Assembly (NCBI GenBank): GCA_048128005.1
Contig: JBEUKZ010000096.1
Span: forward strand, 310,001-374,000
DNA: 64,000 nucleotides
Source: Veleropilina oligotropha
Lineage: Eukaryota
Reading direction: 5' to 3'
Shown here: one piece after another, positions 34,701-43,100 of the stretch
How positions within the stretch are numbered: position 1 is the stretch's first letter
How the letters are laid out: every line of letters begins with the position of its first letter
Translations under genes and position numbers: made by a program
The notes under the pieces: model-generated
The model's database searches: none
Told to the model about the DNA's origin: nothing
Seen by the model: the letters and a program-made list of their open reading frames with translations, nothing else

Positions 34701-37700
34701 ACTTGAATATCCACTCAGAGAATAATCACACGAGTCATCATTACATGCTATTACAAGTTCCTGACAAAATCCAGAATTTATAACTTTAGTAAATCTCAAA
34801 CAATGGTCAAAGCTGCAAAATGGACACACTAAATCTACCAAAAGTTTATTCAATTCACCCAGTTCAATCAAACACCAATCATTTGTAGTAGGCCTACCTG
34901 CCGTTTCAGCACTACTCCCAGGCACAGGGTCAGCTGAAGTTATGCATCTTTTTCCACGATGCAGACATCGGGTCTGCTTCCTTTTCGATATTGTCAGACT
35001 CTGAGGAGCTATTTTCCGAATCCCTATCGTTCGAAATTTCGCTGGTTCGTCGAGCATTTTCAGTATTGCCACCACGTGCATTTGTCAGTTCATGAACACT
35101 TTTTAGCCTTTTCAAACGTGCAGCAGCTAGCTGTGCTACGCGTCGCCTTTTCCCGCAAACAAATTTACCGTTTCCACTATTTTTGGGTCTCATGTTTGTC
35201 AACAGACTTGTACAAAGTCACAAAACGTCAAAACATCGCTAGAATTTGCTTCCACTGTCCGCCATGTTGTTTGCTTGCCATCGGAGAATTTGAAGTTACG
35301 GAAATGGCCGAATGATCTCCGAAGCATCACTCGACCAATCACCAATGGTATAGATGACATCATTGTCTATATGTGGCGATCGTCATGATTTTACATGGAA
35401 TACATGTCTGATTCAGCCAATCAGGGTGAAGCTACATTTATATATAGCAAAATGACGTCATTTCCAACGGATTCCCCAGATTTTGAGCTTTCGATCGATA
35501 TATGGAAGTATACGCTAACTTTTAGGATAATACACGTTGCTAAGGCTCGTTTTCAGACAAAAGTCGAAATATTTATAAACAAAAGAACATATTACTAATG
35601 ACCACAAGTCATAAAACATGTTTATATATATATTTTATTGCAAATTACAAGGAATTATAGCCGTACATAAAAAGTAGACAGGTAAAGGTTGCCGAAAATG
35701 GGGATTTCCCAAAATCGATAAAAATAGTTTTTTACATTGGTGGAGCCGTGTCTGCCCTTAATTGAATAAAATATATATCTTTATTCTATGTTGTTATTCT
35801 CATGTCACAATACAATTGTTAACAATTCCGAAAATGAAATTGTGTTGTTTTGTTGATAATCTTAACATCAGCATATCAAGCTGTATCTAAATTTCACCAG
35901 TAACACAGCTGGAGCTGAATATCACCAGAGTCAGACATGTGCTATAACTCGGTGCGAACTCTTTGCAACTCTTGACAATGTAAATGATATAAAGCGTGCC
36001 TTCGAAAATGTGTCAACTTGGATGTGTAATGGTGTCATGTATCGAAAGTTTGGCTACTGTAAGCAGACTTCGCCAGCATTATCTGAATGTTTTAAATACT
36101 AAACGGTAAATCACCATGTTCATCTTTTAGCCTTGGTAATTTCAATGCATACCTTTCTTGAGAATTATTGTGAATTTGGATAACTGAATGAGTTTTATAT
36201 ACTCTGCTAACCCGGAAATACTACAGTGTCAGCGATGGTGGCGACCTGTTGACCGTTATTAGAAAACGGGCGACCTATGCGTAACCTGAACGACCGTTCA
36301 CCAGTTAAGTTCAACGCTGTGTTTTACAGTATGTCACAAAAACAATGAAGAGTTGACAGCAGATATATACTGGGAGTCAACGAATGCAGCATATCATACA
36401 CGTACCAATCATAACAGCGCGCCCTTTAGGGTCCACGGCCAAATATTGACCTGGGACAATCCTCCTGCATCCACTCTTGCCAAATGTTTCTTGGTGGACC
36501 TGCAAGACAATGCAATGGATCAGATTATAGACAGGATTGTTGCAAGCTGTATATTTAAGGATCTAAACAAAATATCTTCATGAAACTGTAACATTTGATT
36601 AAACCATAACATACCTTCAATATAATGTCTTATCATTAATCACTCACCTTGTCGAAAATATTTTTGGCTGGCAAATATTCCAATATCACAATCCGACCCG
36701 AATCAGACCCGACGACAATGTAATCTGCAATCAAAGAAATAATGCAATGATATACAAAATATTTAATTAGAACACAAATCAAGTAAAAATTTCAGTTTAA
36801 ATTAATAGAATCTTCACACAAAACTCAGGCTTTCAACGATATTTATAGTCCTTAGATCGAATCGAATCACTTCATTTTACAAACGCATTTTCACAATTTT
36901 CATTAAAATTGAGTTATGCTAGGAAGGACAAAAGGCCCTGCCATACTTCTTATTAGTCACCCTGTTGGTTTAAGAATGACTTCAATTAATAGTAAAAATG
37001 CACATTAATTTTGCCTTTGATTACTGTTCAGACAAAGTAAAATCTTACTACATATTACAATCTCACCAGCCACCCTAAGGTTCTTAACTCTTTAGCGCCT
37101 GAATTAATATGGAGAAAACCTATGCAAACTACATATATATATCCATTATATGTTTTGCTCTTGTGGTTTTTAATATTGTTCATAGCTATACAAAACCATA
37201 TATCATAATATGCAGAAATGAATACTCTTTCATTTGACGTTAAGTATGAATTAATATTTAAAAAAATAACCTTTGATAGCATATGTAAACTAATTTAGAT
37301 TATATATTTTTTAAAGTAATTTTTTGCATATATACATGGATGTCATTTTTTATTCAATAGCTATTGAGGCTTTATCTCATGTGAAACGAAAGAGTGTGCA
37401 ATTGTCAGTAGTTTCCCATAAATGAACAGTGCCATATACTGCAGAAATAATTTTTCAGCAAAAAACTGATGTGGTAATTTTGACATAATAATAATAACAG
37501 CGGGGCTTCCGTTAGCTGGCGTCCTGGCGGATAGTCCGCCAAACTTTTGCCTCGGGACGCCAAAAACTATAACCCTTGTCGTCCCACGCCAAGAAATTTC
37601 TGAGGACTACATAAAATCAGCTGTCGTCCAACAATAAATGTATCAATCAAGTACTTTGATATTCCTCGTATGTAAACAGTTATATAATTGTAATCGAGGT

Positions 37701-39373
37701 AGTAAAGTTGGAATTCTGCAGTGCAAACTGTTTGATTGGATTATCGCTGTTGGTAGTTATCAGTTGCGACTTCGTAATCAAGATGAGCGGTCAGTAATCT
37801 TACCCAACGTTTGGTATATTTGCATCAAATTGGCATTTCATTCTTTGACAATCAGTCAACAAACACCAGTAACTGGCATGTGTTTATATAAATGTCAGCT
37901 GAACAGTTAATATAAACATTTTCTTTTTTTGGTGTGAATAGCAGCAGGTCATTAATTTCAATTTTGCTAAGTTTTAAAAATACGAAAATGATGACATATA
38001 TCAATGTTAAATATTCTCTACTGAAAATAGATCTCAGCCCGACCAAAGCAGAACTTTTCAAAGTCTCGAGTGCAATCGTATATATTTTTAAACATTACGG
38101 ATCCATTCAAGATTGCAAATTATACAAAATGAAAATAATTAATACATGTGCATTCACGGTTTTACCGCCAGAGACTAATATGAAATTTAGTGTTATATTG
38201 AACTCCTGTAGTCAAATATGATACACACTAGGCAGGTCACATGACTATCAAAACTTTGCTATTCTTTAAATCAGAACTATTGAACTCCGTCCTGACACAT
38301 TTTTCAGTAATATTTACTTCTTAATTTCTGTCTCCAAATAAATATAGATATGACAAAAAATGCTATACGATTTTATAATGACGTTCTTTTATGGGACACA
38401 GCTGTGGAACCACCTGGGCCACTACTTCTGCACAGGTAAGACTGCATTTTTCAGGCATGTTTCTCACTTCATGGCAGGCAAGTAAAACCTGTTCCCAAGT
38501 AATGAATGGGATTATAAGCATTATAAAGACTGGTATATTACAGTTGACATTGTGTTATTTGGTCTAAAAAACTTGGGTCTCTAAAATATGTAATTCAGTT
38601 GTCCTCTTCTAGTTAATATGCTCCCAGTTTTATCCGGAAGACTAATGCTGTGCACAATAGATTCCCTTTTATCGTAAATACTTACACGATGCATGATGAT
38701 TACAAATACTTCTAATTCACCATGTTATTTATATTTAATAATGTATCGATAGACTAGTAATCTATGTCCATTTTATGCATCACCATCTAGTACTATAAGG
38801 CCAAACAAAAAAAATTCTTTGGTTCCTGTTACATGGTCATAAAAATTAGGGTAGGTTGGTAAATATTTTTATTTTCTGAAAAGTTAATTCATATATGTAT
38901 TGATTTTTCCCAAAATTAAACAACCAACTGAAGAAAAATCCATATCATATGGTAATATGCAGCCATTAATCCTACTTAATAGACATGTCACACATCACAA
39001 AGCCTTCCAGAGATAAAATAGGATGGTCATGGTCGAGATGGATTTAAAAAATAAAATAAATCACTGATCAAAAGTTTAGGTAGAGACAAAAATTGAGGTA
39101 GGGTAGGGTAACAGGAACCAAGACATTTTTTTGTTTTGGCCTAATACCTTTCGTGCCGCCGGTCAGCCTGAACGGTATCAGAGATCGGATGACTCCGAAT
39201 ATCTCCACCGTCAGTAGGGTGTACACCTTTCCGGTGTTCGCATCCGGACGGAGAAGCTCGAGGATCTTCCCTCTGGAGACGACAATTTCCTGCTGTTTTG
39301 TTCCAGAAAAGTTTCCATGAATGGCGATGGTGATTCCAGTAGCACGTTGCAGTGTTAAGTTATACAGAAACAT
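13610..39373 (-). CDS. SF3B3: Splicing factor 3B subunit 3 (SAP130), 5' part; coding exons 39373-39148, 36724-36648, 36499-36406, 13782-13610; gene continues left of the window
   Basis: Spliced translation [13 protein letters not shown]...[21 protein letters not shown].../[46 protein letters not shown]...FACLEIDYE is near-identical to the SF3B3 N-terminus; all GT-AG junctions keep phase. Confidence 0.98.
15692..15909. mobile_element. MITE (~220 bp) inside the hAT element
   Basis: ~29-bp TIR TAGAGTGAATATGCCAGTTAGCGACCACT / AGTGGTCGATAACTGGCATATTCACCCTA. Confidence 0.75.
16051..18648 (-). pseudogene. hAT transposase, frameshifted and interrupted by a HINE-like insertion
   Basis: CKLC..H zinc finger, [29 protein letters not shown] and [12 protein letters not shown] (hAT dimerisation) motifs across four ORF pieces. 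Confidence 0.92.
16313..16775 (-). mobile_element. Helentron-associated (HINE/DINE-1-like) element inserted in the hAT transposase
   Basis: Subterminal inverted TGTCTTGACC / GGTCAAGACA, terminal hairpin, (TA)n tract, inserted in a T-run without duplication; removal restores [12 protein letters not shown]. Confidence 0.75.
19976..21022. repeat. Degenerate fold-back: ~270-bp arms at 19976-20248 and 20776-21022, plus a partial third copy at ~21060-21170
   Basis: GCAAATGTTGAATTCGCGAAACGG vs CCGTTTCGCGAATTCAACATTTGC; CGTTCAACAATACGGCA vs TGCCGTATTGTTGAACG; TGTCCTTGTCG vs CGACAAGGACA. Confidence 0.8.
21564..23100. mobile_element. Non-autonomous hAT-like element with 7-bp target duplication
   Basis: TIR CAGGGCTGGACAAATC / GATTTGCCCAGCCCTG; subterminal CTAGCCC repeats; ATTCCTA at 21557-21563 and 23101-23107. 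Confidence 0.85.
23598..24788. mobile_element. Old hAT-like non-autonomous element inside the Kolobok-like element
   Basis: Imperfect TIR CAGTGCTGTTTGTTTG / CAAACCATCAGCACTG; GGAGAG subterminal repeats; target duplication degenerate (TAGTTG/TAGCTT). Confidence 0.5.
25029..25546 (-). mobile_element. HINE-like element carrying a ~165-bp tandem repeat
   Basis: AACAAGAG start and TAGCTCGTACTATTTTAGAATAGTCGAGCTAAAA hairpin end; CCCTTCATGCAAAA recurs at 25121, 25287 and 25451. Confidence 0.75.
26797..29754 (-). CDS. DIRS copy 2 tyrosine recombinase ORF
   Basis: Same R..HxxR..Y motifs as 5619-8576. Confidence 0.93.
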   Translation of the reverse strand: MPAPAGGSVPVSTQPALARADRQQLGPLSRECRIQVGIQPASDPNRGTTNKTRSPPKRRETSGLRPGSAGFAPKKSDISRAAQHTRILQPFLPGPETRWPLETDPRSLVPKPISSYREIPARNPLEDSSGHPSGRLGSVYRSRRRVSACPDAYHGSSVPSVYTRGDDLPIQVPTVRSIVSPVRLHENSTGPGGLPTLSRAQGTYVPRRLADPRGVPRSVPPVYELYPVIDEAPGISDQRDKILLRALDDVYVPRSRLRYGPVHREADPEAYAEPTRGYPRHPVIGHNYGATTGHCPGAHRVGSAPATDGSHGQKTVTTGFQGSLDTTDGAVEGSHRSTALVYRHDSSVVEPRFAGPVGSYIPTRAERLPVHRRFERRLGWSPRQLRDIRPMADRPSGTTYQLPRVRSRLPVSTVPLVTSPQQAYNARHGQHDCRRLHTAPGRYTLASPMRPSNRPTPLSDVPQLDDSSPTHPGKAECQSGFALSEITDYTHRVDATQPSSSGCLPPVVATPSRLVCNRIQLPTTSVCLPVPRPGRPGGRRNVNDMGESVRVCLPPDVHSITGITEGSDRTLRDNANSAPLSHATLVSDPPRSDRRSTVSVTAETRPVNATTHPCTPRVAEPLTFTRLAVIERSLAKKGFSKATALRIYRSRRISTTKVYDYRWVKYVDWCHSRQINILRPPVNKFIEFLSSLFDRGMSVSAVKGYRATIATTLKQCRAHAGLSSDRTISDFIRSYELEIPTRRIKPPAWNIVLILNALLLPPYEPMSEITMRNLTHKTVFLIALASGRRCSEIHAFSSELRDIRFQSDGSVILRPILGFLAKNQRPNEDAPDVVIPKLTLVGRRDADRFNCPVRALRFYLDRTRELRQGKLRLFISYLPSYTRDITRTTVSRWISQTVRDVYIRCDDDDRTILSVRAHEVRAIAASVAFRHNLNINALLQAGYWKNANVFVKHYLRDYSTGADGLSSLHCVAAQRVIVRPRSSNQ
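27708..29738 (-). CDS. DIRS copy 2 pol (RT, RNase H, methyltransferase-like)
   Basis: YLDD, FTDAS, VDLFA and YAFPP; one visible aa difference from copy 1 (EAVYL vs EAVFL). Confidence 0.96.
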   Translation of the reverse strand: MGACLLAHSQPWLELTDSNWVHLVVSAGYKLAFNRHPTLTEAPPTRHARLLNGEKQAVLDQAVRDLLLKRAIYPAPPSTPGFYSHFFLVPKPDGRWRPILDLSYLNLYLRTEKFQQETLSKIRAAIRPGDWAASIDLADAYLHVPMHITAHQYLRFIHGETIYQFRCLPFGLSSAPYVFTRTVQALGAFLHSLGHRVHMYLDDWLILGASRDLCLRSTSFTLSSTKRLGFQINETKSCFVPSTTFTFLGVDFDTVRYTAKPTQKRMRNLRAVIQDTLSSDITTARQLATVLGHIESVAPLLPTGRMDKRPLQQAFRDRWIQRTGQWKDRIDLRHWFTDTTAVWLNPALPDQSVPISPPEPNAYLFTDASNDGWGGHLDSYETSGLWPTDLQGRHINFLELEAVFLSVRSLSSHLRNKHIMLATDNTTVVAYIQHQGGTRSRPLCDRAIDLHRLVMSLNSTIRARHIPGKLNVRADSLSRRSQIIHTEWTLHSRVARDVCRRWSQPQVDLFATEFNYRLPLYVSPYPDPAALAVDAMSMTWENLSAYAFPPTCILSLVLQKAATERCEITLIAPLYRTQPWFPTLLDLIVDRPLALPQKLDLLMQPRTRVLHESPNHLRLHAWRLSNDPLLRKDFLKLQPYVSIDREGFPLQKSMTTDGLSTWIGVTAGRSIYSVPL
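29782..32031 (-). CDS. DIRS copy 2 gag-like ORF1
   Basis: Homologous to 8604-10853; first [12 protein letters not shown]. Confidence 0.88.
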   Translation of the reverse strand: MVRCSSSGCNQKIHAFDRHKECCTHRSCSIHHQCDLCFLLSDKQWATLSHHGKSTRATATVGPPPEKGQEETGKLPNVSFLSASGTLADSRHKGTSVAGSTGETSATLGRVTETLPVPKIQVKTRVSTDPPKPGLVAAVSHTLPASKVYMTAQRTAVQGRPSPSFSSASKNKGTVSPSAGNSPSSYGDRPNAEKAFKEAGHLLVGLRLGQSAKPESSVENDATSPRGFPLNLEAHETFRGPGLSRAPTVVTLENVDRPAAFGTGFYGGFPSVPRSNRVVDRSELLPQSYRSSGPLTAPPGQSFGFDPSTSARGPWSSVRPVNAARLPSATVTSTELPAVSSSPVLPPGFSFENVQAWIAAGIEERCKAWPTAPEPHLVPTLLPMAQSTAPASVIDIDPRSDEDLCSNHTDLPESVGSEDISLTGTQEPTSSTRRRLDAVASLRGVLGLSEPTRSAVDVAKHRTAAHRFVAREAPELPSLPQSGLVDLVVDSITKLVQGRNPVESSPLNEFPSGFRSGRYLRASTRAIPFECTGPCLATEPARVDASLRRLTASHPPSVAKVPWSALEAFESSARRALRLSSVQDFFLDGAIAVLQENGPGATEAALSFLQEVAATQETSALETGRVLGNALLLRRDACLEGTSLDEPTRRSLRCVPCSATTLFGDNFTEFVDKRAADIKDRAIEKAVLLPTRGPPANSKKRSGPTPAPKPSKRAKPSSGGRPPANKPTPKRQAPPAKSRKQSGIGKPRP
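33292..35193 (-). pseudogene. DDE transposase of the Kolobok-like element (frameshifts and two nonsense codons)
   Basis: [51 protein letters not shown] and [13 protein letters not shown] motifs across ORF pieces. Confidence 0.88.
36406..36499 (-). CDS. SF3B3: SF3B3 coding exon 3
   Basis: [43 protein letters not shown]. Confidence 0.96.
36648..36724 (-). CDS. SF3B3: SF3B3 coding exon 2
   Basis: TTGCAG|(D)[31 protein letters not shown]. Confidence 0.96.
38799..39141. mobile_element. PIF/Harbinger (Tourist-like) MITE
   Basis: TAA|GGCCAAACAAAAAAAATTCTTTGGTTCCTGTTAC ... GTAACAGGAACCAAGACATTTTTTTGTTTTGGCC|TAA. Confidence 0.85.
39148..39373 (-). CDS. SF3B3: SF3B3 coding exon 1
   Basis: GCCACCATG start, MFLYNLTLQ...GGTK, donor GTATTA; acceptor TTTTCAG just upstream (exon begins 39390), implying an upstream non-coding exon. 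Confidence 0.97.
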
Positions 39374-39779
39374 GGTGGCTTAACAGCTCACTGAAAAAAA
39401 CAGAATTTTCAATCATGAATGTTAGTAACTTACGGTATTTAAAACATTTGATTTGATTGCACATGAACTCTATTTCTGACTCTGATGGTCAAGCATCATG
39501 ATCTGCAGCTTAATGGTCCCCGAAGTATTAATCGTGACCAAGAGTCTGAAGAGACATTTTGGATGTTTTAGGGACGTAGAAATATATTCTATGGGCATAA
39601 CTTGATAAGGGTCAGTGTATTTAATAGTAAACACGGTTAGCTAACCCTATAACTGGGGACCCTTAAACTGCAAGTGCCCCAAGATTTTCTAACCGGTGCC
39701 AGACCGAACAGTTCAACTTATCGAGGATCAACATCCAGAATCCGGAAAGATGCACAGAAATTAACAAAGAATATTTAAA

Positions 39780-40003
39780 CGAACAACTACGCTCACATCA
39801 GCATAAGCAGCAATTTATAACAAAACTACAATATGTATAGTTGTTCTGAATTAACATATTACTGAATTGTGTTTAATTTTGCAAATTAACAATTAGGATG
39901 AAAGTAGATTTAATATGCAAGCAAGCAAAAACAAACCTGCAAGGAAATGGCATGTCTTAAACTTCCGGTCTCCACAATGCATTGCGAATATCAAGATGGC
40001 GGC
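39780..40003. promoter_or_regulatory. Probable bidirectional promoter of SF3B3/COG4
   Basis: Lies between divergent start codons; ETS-type ACTTCCGG at 39961 and YY1-type AAGATGGCGGC overlapping the COG4 ATG; candidate SF3B3 non-coding-exon donor (GTGAGC, minus strand) at 39796. Confidence 0.65.
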
Positions 40004-40106
40004 GTCCAGAAGCGATGCCACGTCTCTTATGAACTTCGATAAAATGGAAAACATGACAGATATTGATGAAATTAAAAAATGTTTCGACAAATTATGCGCC
40101 GAGGAG
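39996..40106 (+). CDS. COG4: COG4 exon 1
   Basis: MAASRSD...KLCAEE|GTATAT. Confidence 0.88.
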
Positions 40107-43100
40107 GTATATACATCTAGTAATTTTTAAGTTAATTATATGTTGTATGTGCATGAAATTCCAAAATAAATGCTAAATAGTATCCACCCTGCATCTCTTT
40201 TTTTTCGGTGACCGGTCGACTCACCGCCGAGGTCAACTCACCGCCAGAAATTCGAGACGACTCACCGCCACTCAATATGCATTATGTACGTGGTCGTGTC
40301 GTCGACTATGACTAGGTCAATTTCGTTAGATATTTTATGTAGCCGTACTGTTAGACCACGCCAGGAAGCTGTCCAATGTGATAATTGTGAGTTATGGCAA
40401 CATCGTACATGCCATACTGGCATAGATCGACAGCAATATCGAAATGCTGTTGCTGGCAATATTGAAATTGACTGGAAATGCGACTTGTGCAGTGATTCTG
40501 GGATCGTTTTACCATCATCGCCAATAACCGACCAAGTTCAAGATTTGTCGACAGCTGAACTCGGCTATGAAATCCCGGAAACGCACAACGAATCATAGAC
40601 GCGGTGCCCGAAGTTATCGACAACGCTGAACCGCAAAACTTAGTTTGGATGAAAGTTACGCAGCGCAGTAGGACACATTTGACCAATAATCTTGGATTTT
40701 CGTACATTGTTTCCAAAGTTCGCAAGAATGCTACAGACTGGGTGTGTGTGATCCGGAATAAACATTTAAAATGTAAAGTGAGAGTGATAGAAGCAGGTGA
40801 TTCATACATGCCAGGTGTAACAGAACATTGCCATCCTCCATCGACCGGGGCAACAGTCGCCGCCAAAGTAAAAGCTTCAGTTCGAGAAGAATCCAAGTTA
40901 AATCCATTCGTGTCCGCTTCCCAGATTGTGGAATCCGTCCTTCGCCAGAATGTAAACCCCGATGCCCCATGCGACGCTTTATCTCAGCCTTCCGCCCTCG
41001 CCCGTGCCGCTAACAGACAACGACAGAAATCCCACCCGCGACATCCTGCTTCTCTCGATTTCGAACTAAATATGGATTATGTACCAGATAACTTTTGTGT
41101 GGCAGACATCACCGTTGGAGAAAGACGTCATCTAATGTTCGCCAGTGTCCAGCAATTAGAACTTCTCTCCCGCGCTAAGAATTGGTATATGGATGGAACT
41201 TTCAAACTTGTGAGGAAGCCCTTTACGCAGCTGTTCAGCGTACATGCGTTTATAAAATCCAGCGACAACATTAAACAAGTGCCACTCGTATTCGTCCTGA
41301 TGTCAGGGAAGTCTAAAGCGGATTATCGTTGCGTTTTTAAAGCTCTCGTCGACCAACTCCCCAACGAACCGTCAGTGAAATCCATTACCGCCGATTTCGA
41401 GGCTGGTGCTTGGCAAGCCGTCCGCCAAGTCCTCCCAGACGTCGAACTCCGCGGTTGCGCGTTTCACTTCACCCAAGCCATATGGCGCAAGATCCAAGAA
41501 CTCGGTTTATCTCCATCGTACAATGAAAAAGAATCAACGTACCAGTTCTGCCGAATAATTATGGCCCCCACGTTCCTGCCCGAGACGTACGTTCGTGCGC
41601 AATTCACAACGTTGAAGAATATGGAACTGCCTGCACAGCTGCGAGAACTCGTGACTTACGTAGAGAATCAGTGGATTGACAATTCGTGTTTTCCCGTTGC
41701 CTCCTGGAGCTGCTTCATGCGTCCCATACGTACCAGCAATGACGTAGAAGGTTGGCACGCGCGCATCAACCAGAAGAGACCGTGTCAGTCGTCATTAAAC
41801 ATGTATCTTCTGGTGGATCTCCTTCACGAAGATGCCAGTTTAATCAATCTACAAATCCAGCTGCTGTCGAAGGGCGCCGTCTTGCAATTCTAGCGCAAGT
41901 TGTATCGACGCCTACAGGCCCGGATATTCCATTCGTGGGAAGATCTTATTTCGGGTGACATTACGACCAAGGAACTGTTGAAGCGATGTGCTATGATGAA
42001 TGGACCTTCCGTGTAATTTAAATTAATAGCTTGTGCATATTATGTGTATCTACTGTATATTGTATTATAATATGCCATGCTTATATTTTTATTGTGCTAT
42101 TGACAATAAACAACTTTCACTTTTATTTACGTTTTATTTACTTCCGTATACGCATTTATTGCGCCAATTTGTACTGGCGGTGAGTTGACTCTAATAATTG
42201 GCGGTGAGTTGACCTCGGCAGTGAGTCGTCCTGTATTCTTTTTTTCTGTATCTGTAGAATACGCGGTAGGGGTAGTTTGCAGTCTATGGGTCCCCAGGGT
42301 ACTATTCGTTCATATACCCATGATAAATATCCAATTTGGACGTGATTTATGGACATTACCTTACAATATGGGCATTAGGGTTTATGAGTATATTCTATGG
42401 GCATTAGGGTCAGTGTATTAGTAAGCAGGGTTAGCTAACCCTGTACTGGGGACCCTTAATCTGCAAGTGCCCCTGTCCACATTAAGAAAAAAGACAATAT
42501 GATCAGTATTTAGAGTGATATGCGTTGCATGAAATCATGTCAGCAGCCCCACTCTTCAAATCATCTGATTGTCAACTGGTCGATGAACGATCGGATTCAA
42601 TACAATATGATTGTGTACACCAAACTGTACTTCCACAGTGAAAAGTTGTCTGACCCAATGTAAACCGAAATACAGAAGTTGAGAACCCCTCCAAGAACAG
42701 ACTAAAGCGAACAATCTTCAGTCACCTGTCCAAGAGCCTACATCCTCGGTCGAAATGGAGATGGTTCTTGACTTTGAAAAGCCAGATGTTCACCTGGAAG
42801 TTGTGTCAACTATTGAGGTTCCTAGCATTGCAAAAAAGAAAGCCAAGCCTAATGACCAGTTAGTATAACCCTAGTGAGTGTATCCTCGTCTTCACAGACG
42901 GATCGGGTGCCGCGTCTACATCAAACGCACAGAAGGAAAATTGATCTCGAAGGCTCCTCCAACTGGAAAGATCTCCAACTACAAAACGGATTCAACAGCA
43001 CTACTTCATGCAGTATTTAGACGCTATCATGATTGGCTATCTCACCACTAAGGATTGTATTATTTACAGACTTCAGATCTTTGCTGCAGGGACTAACACC

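Larger units (their letters stand above)
23526..35757 (-). mobile_element. Kolobok-like DNA transposon (~3 kb native) hosting DIRS copy 2, a HINE and a MITE
   Basis: TTAA|GGGCAGACAC ... GTGTCTGCCC|TTAA (RR..YY termini, TTAA duplication); decayed DDE transposase at 33292-35193; internal inverted repeat 24945-24990 / 33030-33080 ties the two halves together. Confidence 0.75.
23309..36319. mobile_element. Non-autonomous hAT-like element (~0.8 kb native) hosting the Kolobok-like element
   Basis: TIR CAGGGCTGAACTTAA / TTAAGTTCAACGCTG; TGTTTT at 23303-23308 and 36320-36325. Confidence 0.65.

Noticed and set aside
37498..38650. Possible hAT-like element starting CAGCGGGGCTTCCGTTAGC
   Set aside because: No clear matching right TIR or target duplication could be identified.
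36730..39140. Intronic C/D snoRNA (human SF3B3 hosts SNORD111 genes)
   Set aside because: No convincing box C/box D pair with a terminal stem was seen on the minus strand by eye; an Infernal search would be needed.
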